Shown piece after piece: positions 1-11,721 of a stretch of 64,000 bases of DNA. Source of the DNA: an uncultured Chloroflexia bacterium. GTDB lineage: Bacteria > Chloroflexota > Chloroflexia > Thermomicrobiales > UBA6265. The stretch's first letter is position 1. Every line of letters starts with the position of its first letter. Under the pieces are notes generated by a model. That model searched no databases and was not told the origin of the DNA. It worked only from the letters and a program-made list of their open reading frames with translations. Made by a program: the position numbers and the translations under genes. The stretch is from NCBI GenBank assembly GCA_963724295.1, contig CAVRUC010000007.1, positions 128,001 through 192,000 of the forward strand. The letters are read 5' to 3'.

Positions 1-510
1 TGCCGCGGCGCCGGTGATTTGATGCGATTCGTCGATGATGTAGACCTTGGACCGAAGCTGCGCGGGTGCGTAGCGGACGCGCTCGCGCAGATCGCGGATG
101 TCGTCGATGCCGCGATTGCTCGCGGCGTCGATCTCGACGATGTCGGGCGACGCGCCGGCATTGATGGCCAGGCAGTTCGCGCACGCGTTGCAGGGACGCA
201 GGCTGGGGTCGTCCTGGAGACAATTGATCGCTTTGGCGAGCACTCGGGCCGTGGTTGTCTTGCCAGTGCCGCGAGGACCACTGAACAGATAGGCGTGAGC
301 GACCTTGTTGAGCCGAACGGCGTTTTGCAGGGTGCGGACGATGTGCTCTTGGCCGACCAACTCCTCGCTGTCAAACGACTGGGGGCGGTACTTTCGATAC
401 AACGAGGACGTGGAGGAGGCAACCGACCTTCGCGGGTCGCTCGCCTCGGGGCTTTTCGCTGGCGGGCCCTCGTGGCTGTCACTCTCGCCGAAGAGCGACG
501 GTGCCGTCAT
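1..510 (-). CDS. dnaX: DNA polymerase III subunit gamma/tau, N-terminal part (runs off window start)
   Basis: Not in the ORF track. Manual minus-strand translation from ATG at 510 (GAGGAG RBS upstream) gives SLYRKYRPQSF...HAYLFSGPRGTGKTTTAR...C-PCNACANC...EIDAASNRGIDDIRDL...KVYIIDE. Confidence 0.96.
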   Translation of the reverse strand, partial: MTAPSLFGESDSHEGPPAKSPEASDPRRSVASSTSSLYRKYRPQSFDSEELVGQEHIVRTLQNAVRLNKVAHAYLFSGPRGTGKTTTARVLAKAINCLQDDPSLRPCNACANCLAINAGASPDIVEIDAASNRGIDDIRDLRERVRYAPAQLRSKVYIIDESHQITGAAA

Positions 511-635
511 GCGGAATCTCCTCTAGAGCATTGCCAAATCAGGGAAATCGATCCATTCACCGGTGTCCGTACAGGAGTATAGTCGACGCGGTCTGCGGTT
601 TTGCTCCGAGCGGCGGTCGGTGAAGGAACTCGCTT

Positions 636-1544
636 TTGGGCACGCTCTTTATCGTGGCGACGCCGATCGGTAATTTGGAGGACCTTTCGCCGAGGGCCGT
701 TCGTGTCTTGCGAGAAGTTGCCCTGATTGCGGCCGAAGATACACGCCATAGCCGCCGTTTGCTGAGACATTTCGAGATCAACACGCCAACTGTCAGCTAC
801 CACGAGCACAACCAGCGCAGCCGGCGCGAGCACCTGCTGGAGGCCCTGGCATCCGGCGACGTCGCGTTGATCACGGACGCTGGAACTCCTGGAGTTTCCG
901 ACCCCGGCGCGGACCTGGTCGCTGCCGCACTCGCTACCGGGTACCGCGTGTCACCCATACCGGGTGCCTCGGCTCTGGCCGCTGCCGTGAGCGCCTCAGG
1001 ACTGATCGATGGTCCATTCCTGACACTTGGGTTCCTGCCCAGAGAGCGAGGGGAGCGCCTGCGATTGGTTGCTCGCGCCGCGACGGCTGGCTTCCCGCTC
1101 GTCATATTCGAATCCGCGCGGCGTCTTGGATCGACATTGCAGGACCTGGTGGAAATTCTTGGCGATAGGAGAGCCGTGATCTTGCGCGAGCTGACAAAGA
1201 TCCACGAGGAAGTGCGTGCCGGCTCGTTGAGCGAGCTTCGGGATTGGACCAAGGATGCCGACCCGCGGGGCGAGATTGCGCTGGTCATCGCGGCCTCTCC
1301 GCAGATCGCCGCGGCCAATGATGACGCCGAAGCAGTAGTTCGCAGCCTTCGCCAATCCGGGCTCAGCGCCAGTCAGACTGCCCGCGAGGCGGCATCGATT
1401 ACCGGTCTGCCTCGCTCCGAGCTCTACAAGCTTGCCATGGCCGTGGAAGCGCCCGGGTCAGTCGGGTTGAAAGGCCAGCTTGCGTTGCCGGATCAGGATG
1501 CTTTGCAAGATTCCCTCGGCGATCAAGAAGGTCCAGAGCGATGA
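636..1544 (+). CDS. rsmI: 16S rRNA (cytidine1402-2'-O)-methyltransferase RsmI
   Basis: GTLFIVATPIGNLEDLSPRA, AEDTRHS, SYHEHN, DAGTPGVSDPG and RELTKIHEE motifs. The 3' end overlaps rodA by 87 nt. Confidence 0.95.
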   Translation: MGTLFIVATPIGNLEDLSPRAVRVLREVALIAAEDTRHSRRLLRHFEINTPTVSYHEHNQRSRREHLLEALASGDVALITDAGTPGVSDPGADLVAAALATGYRVSPIPGASALAAAVSASGLIDGPFLTLGFLPRERGERLRLVARAATAGFPLVIFESARRLGSTLQDLVEILGDRRAVILRELTKIHEEVRAGSLSELRDWTKDADPRGEIALVIAASPQIAAANDDAEAVVRSLRQSGLSASQTAREAASITGLPRSELYKLAMAVEAPGSVGLKGQLALPDQDALQDSLGDQEGPER

Positions 1545-2579
1545 GAGCCCAGCGCTAATGAATGGCAATGTGATGCCGGTCACTGGCATCAGGCCGACGT
1601 TCATGCCGATGTTGACGAACGCCTGGAAGAACAGCATCCCGGTAATGCCGATCGCTAGCGACTGACCGAGTCCGTCCCGGGCGACCTCCGAGACGTGTAG
1701 ACAGCGCCAGAGCAGGATCAAGAACATCAGCATCAGCGCCAGCATCCCGACAAAGCCAAACATGCCGCTGGCATGCGCGAAAATGAAGTCAGACTCCCGG
1801 ACCTTGAGCAATCCGAGCTGGCTCTGCGTCCCGCCTTCGATGCCGAACCCTCGCAACCCACCGGATCCGATACTGATACGCGCCTGAATCAAATTGAAGC
1901 CATCGCCGCGCGCATCGGCCTCCGGATTGAGAAAGATGGTCCAGCGGCGACGCTGGTAATCGGCCAGCAGAAACTCCCAGGCGAGGAAAACGGTGAGCGG
2001 CGCCGCTGCGCCGACGGCGATCCAGTAGCGCCTTCGCGTATGGGCAAGCGCCATGATGGCGACCCAGATGACACCGTAGACGAGGCTTGTGCCCAGGTCG
2101 GGCTGACGAAAGACCAGTGCCATTGGCAAGAGCACGATCAGCAACGAAACAACAAAATTGCCGAGCTCTCGCATAGCAGGACCGCGCGACGCGACGAACG
2201 ACGCGAGAGCCAGCAATGTGGCGATCTTGGCGAACTCGGAAGGTTGGACCGTCGTAAAGCCGAGGTCGAACCATCTGCGCGATCCGGCAATTTCGACGCC
2301 GATGCCGGGAACCAGCACCAGCAGCAGCGCGATCATCGCCGCGCCGTATATGGCCCAGGAAAGCGATCCGAGAATGCGATAGTCGATGCTGGCGACGACG
2401 AGCATGAGGACTAGCCCCAGCGAGCCGTACAGCGCCTGTCGAACGCCAAGATTGGAGGGGGCCAGCGCTCCGCCGCCATCAGCGCTGTAGATGGTGACAG
2501 CACTGAAACCCATCAGGATCACGGTGGTAAACAGGATATAGAAATCGAAGTCTTTCCAACCCCGCCCCAGTCGATTCAA
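1458..2579 (-). CDS. rodA: Rod shape-determining SEDS glycosyltransferase RodA (FtsW/RodA/SpoVE family)
   Basis: Multi-TM protein with GSRRWFDLG, QPSEFAK, QPDLGT, SDFIF, NIGMNVGLMPVTGITLPFISAG. Confidence 0.9.
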   Translation of the reverse strand: MNRLGRGWKDFDFYILFTTVILMGFSAVTIYSADGGGALAPSNLGVRQALYGSLGLVLMLVVASIDYRILGSLSWAIYGAAMIALLLVLVPGIGVEIAGSRRWFDLGFTTVQPSEFAKIATLLALASFVASRGPAMRELGNFVVSLLIVLLPMALVFRQPDLGTSLVYGVIWVAIMALAHTRRRYWIAVGAAAPLTVFLAWEFLLADYQRRRWTIFLNPEADARGDGFNLIQARISIGSGGLRGFGIEGGTQSQLGLLKVRESDFIFAHASGMFGFVGMLALMLMFLILLWRCLHVSEVARDGLGQSLAIGITGMLFFQAFVNIGMNVGLMPVTGITLPFISAGLSSLWTFLIAEGILQSILIRQRKLAFQPD

Positions 2580-2621
2580 CGTCGTTCTCTCACCTATCGC
2601 TTCTCGCTCAGCGCACGGCGC

Positions 2622-3410
2622 CTAGAGCACCGAGACATCGTTGATCGTGATATGGAACGCATAACCAAGCGCCTCGGCGGCTCGCCTGGACATCAGCATA
2701 CGGGGCAAAAAGATCTCGAAATAGTGCATCACCGGGGCGATCGAGGTGTCAATCTCGAGCTCGAGCGTGACTGACCTGGTGTCGGGATCGATGCGCAGCC
2801 GCGACGAGGTGGCGGCGAAATTGACTCTGTCATGCTGGTCGAACGTGGTTGGATCGGGGTTGCGGACCCGAGACCGATGCACATCTGCCTTGTCGGCGAG
2901 GATCAGGGCAGCGGAGACGGCATGCACGGGCTCCCCGATGTGCCCCTCGTCTTCATGGGAGCCGATCGCGCCCATCACGATCGCCGTGTCTTCCGGCGTT
3001 GCGCCAAGTCTGCGCAAAATTCCGTGGGCGAGCAGGGCGCCCGTGCGGGCATGATCGAAGCGGCTGACGACGTTGCCGAGGTCGTGGAGATAGGCGGCAA
3101 TTGCCGCGAGCTCTTGCTGCCGGCGGTCGAAGCCCATCCGCTTCAGGATATTGCGCGCGATGTTGGCTACCAGACCGACATGGCGGAATCCGTGCTCGGT
3201 GTAGCCAATCGCCCCTAAATTGCGATTCGCGTTCCGGATGAATGACTGAACTTCCGGATCGGCTTTCACCGCGTCCAGGCTGACGGATGCTTTGCCGCCG
3301 CTGGCCTGACCGTCGCTCGAGGCTCGGAACGGATCGACGTCGTCGCCCTCCACGGCGCGCGAGGCAGGCCGCTGGCGGCGGGAAATGGCAATCTCGGGTA
3401 CTTCAGTCAT
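2622..3410 (-). CDS. HD-domain metal-dependent phosphohydrolase
   Basis: TEHGFRH...AYLHDLGN...H...ADKADVHRSRV motifs; GAGG RBS upstream. Confidence 0.85.
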   Translation of the reverse strand: MTEVPEIAISRRQRPASRAVEGDDVDPFRASSDGQASGGKASVSLDAVKADPEVQSFIRNANRNLGAIGYTEHGFRHVGLVANIARNILKRMGFDRRQQELAAIAAYLHDLGNVVSRFDHARTGALLAHGILRRLGATPEDTAIVMGAIGSHEDEGHIGEPVHAVSAALILADKADVHRSRVRNPDPTTFDQHDRVNFAATSSRLRIDPDTRSVTLELEIDTSIAPVMHYFEIFLPRMLMSRRAAEALGYAFHITINDVSVL

Positions 3411-3613
3411 GCGCGCCTCGCCCGGTGGAACGCAATGCGATCTTCCTCAGAGAGTATAGGGAGAATTCCCGGGCACGGGCTTTTCGCGTCCGACATCTGC
3501 GCCCCAAATCCGGCGGTTGCTACCTCCTACGAACGGGTATCATGCAATGCCTCGCCGGGTCCGGGTGGCCGGTGTCGGCCTCGTCTTCCCGCCATAATCA
3601 GGTGGTTCTAGGA

Positions 3614-4141
3614 ATGGGTGGAGATCTCGACGCGGAGCGGATTCAGGTCGAAGCGATCGGGGAACCGGGTGATCGCCGATTCAGGCTCCTGTCGATTGTC
3701 AACGGCCAGACCTACGCGGTCTGGATGGAAAAGCAACAGGTCCATGCCCTGGGGTTGGCGCTCGAACAAATGCTTGCGCGCCTTCCCGACGCCGGACCCG
3801 TGCTACCTGTGACGCCAGGTCTTGCCGAGTTCGACCTTGAAACTCGGAAGCAGTTTCGGGTCGGCCGCATGGAGCTGGGCTACGACGATGACGAGGACCG
3901 CATCGTCATCGTCGCCCACGATCTGAATAGCCCTGAAGACAACGACGCCGCGTTCGCGTGCCGCGTGACGCGGGAGCAAGCGCGGGACTTGAGCGCGGAG
4001 TCCGCCGCGGTCGTCGCCGCCGGCCGGCCGCGCTGCACGATGTGCGGGGAACCGATGGGGCCCGGTCCACACGTTTGCCCCCAGCAGAACGGTCACTTCC
4101 GCCACGATCTGGAAGCCGTGGAAGATGTCGAAGATGTCTGA
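3614..4141 (+). CDS. DUF3090-family protein with C-terminal Zn ribbon
   Basis: AIGEPGDRRF, EKQQV, FRVGRMELGYD, VVAAGRPRCTMCGEP...HVCPQQNGH. Start moved to ATG 3614 within the 3287..4141 ORF. Confidence 0.8.
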   Translation: MGGDLDAERIQVEAIGEPGDRRFRLLSIVNGQTYAVWMEKQQVHALGLALEQMLARLPDAGPVLPVTPGLAEFDLETRKQFRVGRMELGYDDDEDRIVIVAHDLNSPEDNDAAFACRVTREQARDLSAESAAVVAAGRPRCTMCGEPMGPGPHVCPQQNGHFRHDLEAVEDVEDV

Positions 4142-4177
4142 AGAAGGGCCCTTTCCATTGCTCATGCGGGCACTGGA

Positions 4178-4207
4178 TTGACAAAGAATCGTCACATGCC
4201 ATACGAT
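4178..4207 (+). promoter_or_regulatory. Sigma70-type promoter of the ilv-leu operon
   Basis: TTGACA (4178-4183), 18-nt spacer, TACGAT (4202-4207), upstream of the leader peptide. Confidence 0.7.
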
Positions 4208-4252
4208 TCTCCGCACTGGTGGATAATCCGCCTGACGCGTGGTGCAGGATCG

Positions 4253-4339
4253 ATGAGATCTTTGTTCGCAAGCATCGTCATTTCCTCGGTAGCGGGCCTC
4301 GTACTTACGGGGCTCCCGGTAGGGGGCCGCGTGCGCTAG
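4253..4339 (+). CDS. ilv-leu attenuator leader peptide (28 aa) MRSLFASIVISSVAGLVLTGLPVGGRVR
   Basis: ATG at 4253 after AGGA, TAG at 4337-4339. 11 of 28 codons are Ile/Leu/Val. Lies just before a terminator hairpin and ilvB. Confidence 0.8.
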   Translation: MRSLFASIVISSVAGLVLTGLPVGGRVR

Positions 4340-4391
4340 GGAGGCCAACTGATCGGCGGAAGCCGAGAACAACGTAGTCGAGTTCCTGGGT

Positions 4392-4420
4392 CGGCCTCCC
4401 ACTGATGGGAGGCCGTTTTG
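4392..4420 (+). terminator. Attenuator terminator upstream of ilvB
   Basis: CGGCCTCCCA-ctga-TGGGAGGCCG followed by TTTTG. The left arm can alternatively pair with GGGAGGCC at 4339-4346 (antiterminator). Confidence 0.85.
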
Positions 4421-4500
4421 ATGTCAGAGATCGAGGACGTGAACCTGAGAAGCGAGGGAACCCGGATTAACTGCCCGGGATCCCGGGGAAGGGGACAGTG

Positions 4501-6246
4501 ATGGCAGCGACTGGAACCGCAACACCGAGAACGACGCCAGGCGGGCGCGGCACAACGGAACGCCCGGTGCTGACCGGGTCACAGATCGTCTGCCGCGCGC
4601 TCGAAGACGAGGGTGTGGACACCGTTTTCGGATATCCGGGCGGGGCGGTGATCCCGCTCTACGATGCGTTGCCAGGCGCAGGGTTTCACCACGTCCTGGT
4701 CCGGTTCGAGCAGTGGGCGGCATTGGCGGCCGAGGGCTATGCGCGAGCCACCGGCAAACCAGGGGTCTGCCTGGTGACTTCGGGCCCAGGTGCGACGAAC
4801 CTCGTCACCGGGCTCGCCGATGCGATGCTGGACTCCGTGCCGGTCGTGGCCATCACCGGACAGGTTATCCAACCGTTGATCGGTCGCGACGCCTTCCAGG
4901 AAGTCGACATCACCGGTATCACGCTGCCGGTCACGAAGCACAACTACCTGGTGAACCGCATTCAGGATCTGGCCCCGACGTTCAAAGAGGCGTTTCACCT
5001 GGCGACGACCGGGCGGCCCGGACCCGTGCTCATCGACATTCCGAAGACGCTGTTCCTGCAACAACACGAGTACGAATATCCGGATACTGTCTACCGCCGT
5101 GGGTATCAGCCGACCTCAGTGCCGAACATGCGACAGGTGCGGCTAGCCGCCGAGGCGATCAAGAAGGCGCGCAAGCCACTGATCATGGCCGGCCACGGCA
5201 TCATGTTGAGCGGCGCCACCGAGCTGTTCCGCACATTTGTGGAGAAGACCGGCATTCCGATCGCGTTCACGCTCCTTGGGCTCGGCTCGTTCCCGGAGTC
5301 GCACCCTCTCGGGCTGGGGCTCATGGGGATGCACGGGCACAAACACGTCAACGACGCCCTCGACGAGTGCGACCTGCTCATCAATATCGGGGCCCGCTTC
5401 GACGACCGGGCTACAGGCCAGGTCAGTGGCTTCGCCCAAAACGCCTTCGTCGTTCACGTCGACATCGACCCGGCCGAGATCGGGAAGAATGTACGAACTG
5501 ACGTCCCTGTGGTGGGAGACGCCGGCGAAGTGTTGAAGCTGCTGATCCCCGAAGTCGAGGAAACCCGTCATGACGACTGGATGGCCTGGATCGACTCGCG
5601 GCGCGACCGAGCGCTCGACGAGGCGCTGGAGGAGCGGCCGGCATGGCCAGAGCCGTACACAATCATCAAGACCATTGCGGAGGCGACAAATGGTGAGGCG
5701 ATCCTGACTACCGACGTCGGGCAGCATCAGATGTGGGCCGCCCAACACTTCGGTTTCAACCACCCGGATCGCTGGATCACATCTGGGGGCCTCGGCACCA
5801 TGGGCTTCGGCTTGCCGTCGGCCATCGGAGCCAAGATTGGCCGGCCCGATCTGGAAGTCTGGGCGGTGATCGGTGACGGCGGTTTTCAAATGTCCTGCAA
5901 CGAGCTCGCGACTGTGGTGCAAGAGAAGCTCGACATCAATATCGCGATCATCAACAACGGCTATCTCGGGATGGTCCGCCAATGGCAGGACCTGTTCCAC
6001 GCCAAGAATTACTCCGAGGTCAAGATCGGCGCGCCGAACTTCGAGAAGCTTGCCGAGGCGTACGGCATCACCGGCATCACCGTCCGCTCCGATGCGGAGA
6101 TTCGTCCGGCAATTGAACGGGCGCGATCGATTCAGGGACCGGTACTGATCGATTTTGTGATCGAGCCCGAGGCGAACGTCTGGCCAATCGTCCCACCCGG
6201 CGCCGCGAATTCCGGGATGCTGCATCAGCAGCGGTTTGAAGGGTAG
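4501..6246 (+). CDS. ilvB: Acetolactate synthase large subunit
   Basis: FGYPGGAVIP, VTSGPGATN, DAFQE, TDVGQHQMW, SGGLGTMGFG, GDGGFQM...NNGYLGMVRQWQ. Confidence 0.97.
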   Translation: MAATGTATPRTTPGGRGTTERPVLTGSQIVCRALEDEGVDTVFGYPGGAVIPLYDALPGAGFHHVLVRFEQWAALAAEGYARATGKPGVCLVTSGPGATNLVTGLADAMLDSVPVVAITGQVIQPLIGRDAFQEVDITGITLPVTKHNYLVNRIQDLAPTFKEAFHLATTGRPGPVLIDIPKTLFLQQHEYEYPDTVYRRGYQPTSVPNMRQVRLAAEAIKKARKPLIMAGHGIMLSGATELFRTFVEKTGIPIAFTLLGLGSFPESHPLGLGLMGMHGHKHVNDALDECDLLINIGARFDDRATGQVSGFAQNAFVVHVDIDPAEIGKNVRTDVPVVGDAGEVLKLLIPEVEETRHDDWMAWIDSRRDRALDEALEERPAWPEPYTIIKTIAEATNGEAILTTDVGQHQMWAAQHFGFNHPDRWITSGGLGTMGFGLPSAIGAKIGRPDLEVWAVIGDGGFQMSCNELATVVQEKLDINIAIINNGYLGMVRQWQDLFHAKNYSEVKIGAPNFEKLAEAYGITGITVRSDAEIRPAIERARSIQGPVLIDFVIEPEANVWPIVPPGAANSGMLHQQRFEG

Positions 6247-6254
6247 GTGGCATC

Positions 6255-6818
6255 GTGAAGTCTCGTCATACGCTCAGCGTTCTGGTCGAGGACCATCCCG
6301 GGGTGCTCAACCGCGTGGTCTCGCTGCTGCGGCGGCGTTCATTCAACATCGACTCGATCACGGTCGGGCACTCGGAGCAGCCCGGGGTCTCGCGGATGAC
6401 CATCGTGGTTATCGGCCGGGACGAGGAAGTGGAGCAGGCCGGTAAGCAGCTCTACAAGCTGATGGAAGTGCTGAAGGTCATCGACGTCACCTCGTTGAAC
6501 TGCGTCGCGCACGAGATGGCGCTGATCAAAGTGGCGGCGAAATCGCAAACGCGCTCGGAGATCCTGCAGATCGCGCAGATCTATGACGCGCGCGTCGTCG
6601 ATGCCAGCCCAACGACGTTGCTGATCGAAGCCACCGGCCCGGAGACCCACATCGATGGCCTGTTGAACATGCTAAAAGCCTTCGGCATCCGTGAGCTGGT
6701 GCGCACCGGACCGGTTGCCATGATGCGAGGATCGACAACGGTGGGGGTCAAAGAGGGCGCTCGGGCGGAGCGTGAACTCGCTGTTGCCGGCAACGGCTCG
6801 ACGCCACACGCGAACTGA
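6255..6818 (+). CDS. ilvN: Acetolactate synthase small (regulatory) subunit
   Basis: HTLSVLVEDHPGVLNRV..RRSFNIDSITVG ACT domain; ELVRTG. Confidence 0.96.
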   Translation: MKSRHTLSVLVEDHPGVLNRVVSLLRRRSFNIDSITVGHSEQPGVSRMTIVVIGRDEEVEQAGKQLYKLMEVLKVIDVTSLNCVAHEMALIKVAAKSQTRSEILQIAQIYDARVVDASPTTLLIEATGPETHIDGLLNMLKAFGIRELVRTGPVAMMRGSTTVGVKEGARAERELAVAGNGSTPHAN

Positions 6819-6930
6819 GTTCGGGGTCGCCGTAACGGCGCTTCTGCCGTGAGGCAGGCGGACAACCCGGGCGGTGGGTCCGGAGGACAATGGCAGCGCA
6901 CGGCGCTGGAACGATCAAGGGAGAAGATGC

Positions 6931-7962
6931 ATGCCCGCGAAGGTCTATTACGAGAGCGATGCCGGACTCGAGGCGCTTCAGGACAAGACCGTGGCCGTCA
7001 TCGGTTACGGCAGCCAGGGTCACGCCCATGCTCTCAACCTGCGCGACTCCGGCATCGACGTGGTCGTTGGGCTGCATGAGGGAAGCAAGAGCCGGGCGAA
7101 GGCGGAGGCGGACGGGCTTCGCGTCACCTCGGTGGCAGACGCGGTGCGCGATTCCGATGTGATCATGGTGCTGGTTCCGGATCATATTCAGAAGCGTCTC
7201 TACGAGGAGGAAATCTCTCCGAATCTGGCTCCCGGCAAAACGCTGATGTTCGCCCACGGATTCAACATCCACTTCGGTGCCATCACCCCGCCGCCCGGGA
7301 TCGACGTCGCGATGATCGCCCCGAAGAGTCCCGGACATCGCTTGCGCGAGCTGTTCCAGGAAGGGGTCGGCGTTCCGGCTCTCCTTGCCGTGCACCAGGA
7401 CGCGACGGGCCGGGCCACGGACACGGCGCTGGCCTATGCCAGAGGGCTCGGATCGCTACGGGCTGGCGTGCTGGGCACCACGTTCAAGGAAGAGACCGAG
7501 ACGGACTTGTTCGGCGAGCAAGCCGTCCTCTGTGGCGGCGCCAGCCATTTGATCGAAGCCGGTTTCAACACGCTTGTCGACGCGGGGTACCAGCCCGAGA
7601 TTGCCTACTTCGAATGCCTGCACGAGCTCAAGCTGATTGTCGATCTCATCTATGAGGGTGGGCTCGAGTACATGCGCTATTCGGTGAGTGACACCGCGGA
7701 GTTCGGCGATTACTACGCTGGACCTCAGGTCATCGACGATCACGTCAAGGAAACGATGAGCGGGTTGCTGGCGCGCATCCAGGATGGATCGTTCGCCCAG
7801 GAATGGATCGCGGAGAACGAAGCGGGTCGAGAGCGATTCCTGAGTATGCGCGAGAGGGCACAGGGCAGCAGAGTCGAGCAGGTCGGCGCCGAGCTGCGGA
7901 AAATGATGCCCTGGCTGAAGAAGGGCCGGCCGGTCGCGGTCGCTGGCCAGACTGGAGACTGA
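6931..7962 (+). CDS. ilvC: Ketol-acid reductoisomerase
   Basis: [58 protein letters not shown]. Start set at ATG 6931 (MPAKVYY). Confidence 0.97.
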   Translation: MPAKVYYESDAGLEALQDKTVAVIGYGSQGHAHALNLRDSGIDVVVGLHEGSKSRAKAEADGLRVTSVADAVRDSDVIMVLVPDHIQKRLYEEEISPNLAPGKTLMFAHGFNIHFGAITPPPGIDVAMIAPKSPGHRLRELFQEGVGVPALLAVHQDATGRATDTALAYARGLGSLRAGVLGTTFKEETETDLFGEQAVLCGGASHLIEAGFNTLVDAGYQPEIAYFECLHELKLIVDLIYEGGLEYMRYSVSDTAEFGDYYAGPQVIDDHVKETMSGLLARIQDGSFAQEWIAENEAGRERFLSMRERAQGSRVEQVGAELRKMMPWLKKGRPVAVAGQTGD

Positions 7963-7965
7963 GCG

Positions 7966-9552
<1,587 letters not shown>

Positions 9553-9610
9553 GACTCGATAACCCGTCGTCAATGGACGGTGCAGGTGCATCGCGTCGAG
9601 GAAATCAACC

Positions 9611-11027
9611 GTGCGTGTGAACAGCAATCCGAGAACGCTAAGTGAAAAACTCTGGGATCGTCACCTGGTGCACGAAGCACCGGGAGAGCATGACCTGCTC
9701 TATATCGACATGCACCTCGTGCATGAGGTCACCTCACCGCAGGCGTTTGACGGCCTGCGCGCGGCGGAGCCGACCGGTGCGGCGCCCGGACCTGACGATC
9801 GCCACTGCCGACCACAACGTGCCCACCATTCACCTCGAGCGGCCGATTGAGGACCCCATCTCGGCAACGCAGCTGGCGGCCCTCGATGCAAATTGTGGCG
9901 CCTTCGGAGTCCGGCTCTACCCGCTAGCCCACCCCGGGCAAGGAATCGTCCACGTTATCGGTCCGGAGCAAGGCTTGACTCTGCCCGGGATGACGATCGT
10001 CTGTGGCGACAGCCATACCTCGACCCATGGCGCCTTCGGCGCCCTCGCGTTCGGCATAGGCACCAGCGAAGTCGAGCACGTGCTGGCGACCCAGACGCTG
10101 CCGCAGGTTCGTCCCAAGACCATGGCCATTACAGTCGACGGGGAATTGCAGCCTGGGGTTACCGCGAAGGATGTCATTCTGGCCATCATCGGCGAGATCG
10201 GCACCGGTGGCGGGATCGGCCACATCATCGAATACCGAGGATCGACGATTCGATCGCTCTCGATGGAAGGCCGCATGACCGTCTGCAACATGTCGATCGA
10301 GGCGGGAGCCAAGGCCGGGATGATCGCTCCGGATGAGACGACCTTCGCCTATGTCGAAGGTCGCCCGCACGCGCCAACAGGCGCGCTCTGGGAGCAAGCA
10401 CTGGACGACTGGAGGACGTTGCCGACCGATGAAGGCGCGGTCTTCGACCGCGAGGTAGTCCTCGACGGCGCCGCGATCCGGCCGCATGTCTCGTGGGGCA
10501 CCAACCCGGGACAGGTCGTCCCGATCGACGGGGCCGTACCGCATCCGGAGGCGATCGAGGATCCGGGTGCTCGTGAGGTCGCCAGTCGCGCGCTGCGCTA
10601 CATGGGACTCGAGCCCGGAACCCCGATGCGCGAGATTCCGGTCGATACCGTATTCATCGGTTCCTGCACGAACAGCCGAATCGAGGATCTCCGTCTGGCC
10701 GCCACTGTCGTCGCCGGCCGCAAGGTTCAACCGACTGTGCGGGCGATGGTCGTACCCGGTTCGATGCGCGTGCGCGCCCAGGCGGAATCGGAAGGTCTCG
10801 ACCTCATCTTCAAGGATGCCGGGTTCGAATGGCGTGCCGCGGGTTGCTCGATGTGCCTGGGCATGAACCCCGACAAGCTGCGACCCGGCGAGCGGTGCGC
10901 GTCGACGTCGAACCGAAATTTCGAGGGCCGTCAAGGTCCGGGTGGACGAACGCATCTGGTCTCGCCCGCCGTGGCGGCCGCTACGGCGATCGCCGGAACG
11001 TTCGCGACGCCGGCCGAACTGGGGTAA
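9611..11027 (+). CDS. leuC: 3-isopropylmalate dehydratase large subunit (one +1 frameshift at about 9767)
   Basis: [12 protein letters not shown]...HEVTSPQAF in the 9611 frame continues as [19 protein letters not shown]...[14 protein letters not shown]...GCSMCLGMN in the 9642 frame. Confidence 0.95.
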
Positions 11028-11031
11028 TGCA

Positions 11032-11634
11032 ATGGAGCCAATTCGAGTCATCCGCGGCACTGCGGCGCCATTGGATCGAAGCGACGTCGACACGGACCAG
11101 ATCATCCCGGCATCATGGCTGAAGCGCGTCGAGCGGACCGGGTTCGGCGTCGGGTGTTTTTCCGCCTGGCGAGAGAGCGACCCGGATTTCGTGCTCAACC
11201 GCCCCGAGTTCAGCGAGGCCAGCATCCTCGTTACCGGTCCTAACTTCGGCATTGGCTCATCGCGCGAGCATGCCGTCTGGGCTCTTACCGACTATGGCTT
11301 TCGAGCCGTGATCTCGCCCCGGTTCGGCGACATCTTTCGCAACAATGCGACCAAGTCGGGTCTGGTGCCGATCACCGTCTCACCCGAGTTTGGCGAGGCG
11401 CTGTTGCGCGCCGTGGAGCGAGATCCTCAGCTCGAAATACTCATCGACGTTGCCGAGCGGTGGATCTCCGCGCCGGCGGTCGGGCTCGATGAATCGTTTC
11501 CGCTCGACGACTTCACGCAGTATCGGTTACTCGAGGGATTGGACGACATCGGTCTGACCTTGCGCCATGAGGACAAGATCGCCGAATTCGAGTCGCGTCG
11601 CCCGAAGTGGTTGCCGAGAGTGATCACGGCCTGA
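11032..11634 (+). CDS. leuD: 3-isopropylmalate dehydratase small subunit
   Basis: DVDTDQIIPA, NFGIGSSREHAVWAL, FGDIFRNN, GLDDIGLTL. Confidence 0.96.
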   Translation: MEPIRVIRGTAAPLDRSDVDTDQIIPASWLKRVERTGFGVGCFSAWRESDPDFVLNRPEFSEASILVTGPNFGIGSSREHAVWALTDYGFRAVISPRFGDIFRNNATKSGLVPITVSPEFGEALLRAVERDPQLEILIDVAERWISAPAVGLDESFPLDDFTQYRLLEGLDDIGLTLRHEDKIAEFESRRPKWLPRVITA

Positions 11635-11721
11635 TCGCCTGAATCTCGGATTCTCATGGCCACGGATTCGACGCCTCGGAACATGTCCTGAATCGATGGT
11701 GACTCGCCTCATGCGGAGGAC

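Noticed and set aside
19..582. 187-aa plus-strand ORF
   Set aside because: Antisense shadow of dnaX, which has all the conserved motifs on the minus strand.
4210..4420. T-box riboswitch upstream of ilvB
   Set aside because: No T-box consensus (GGTGGNACCGCG) or stem I; the leader-peptide model fits instead.
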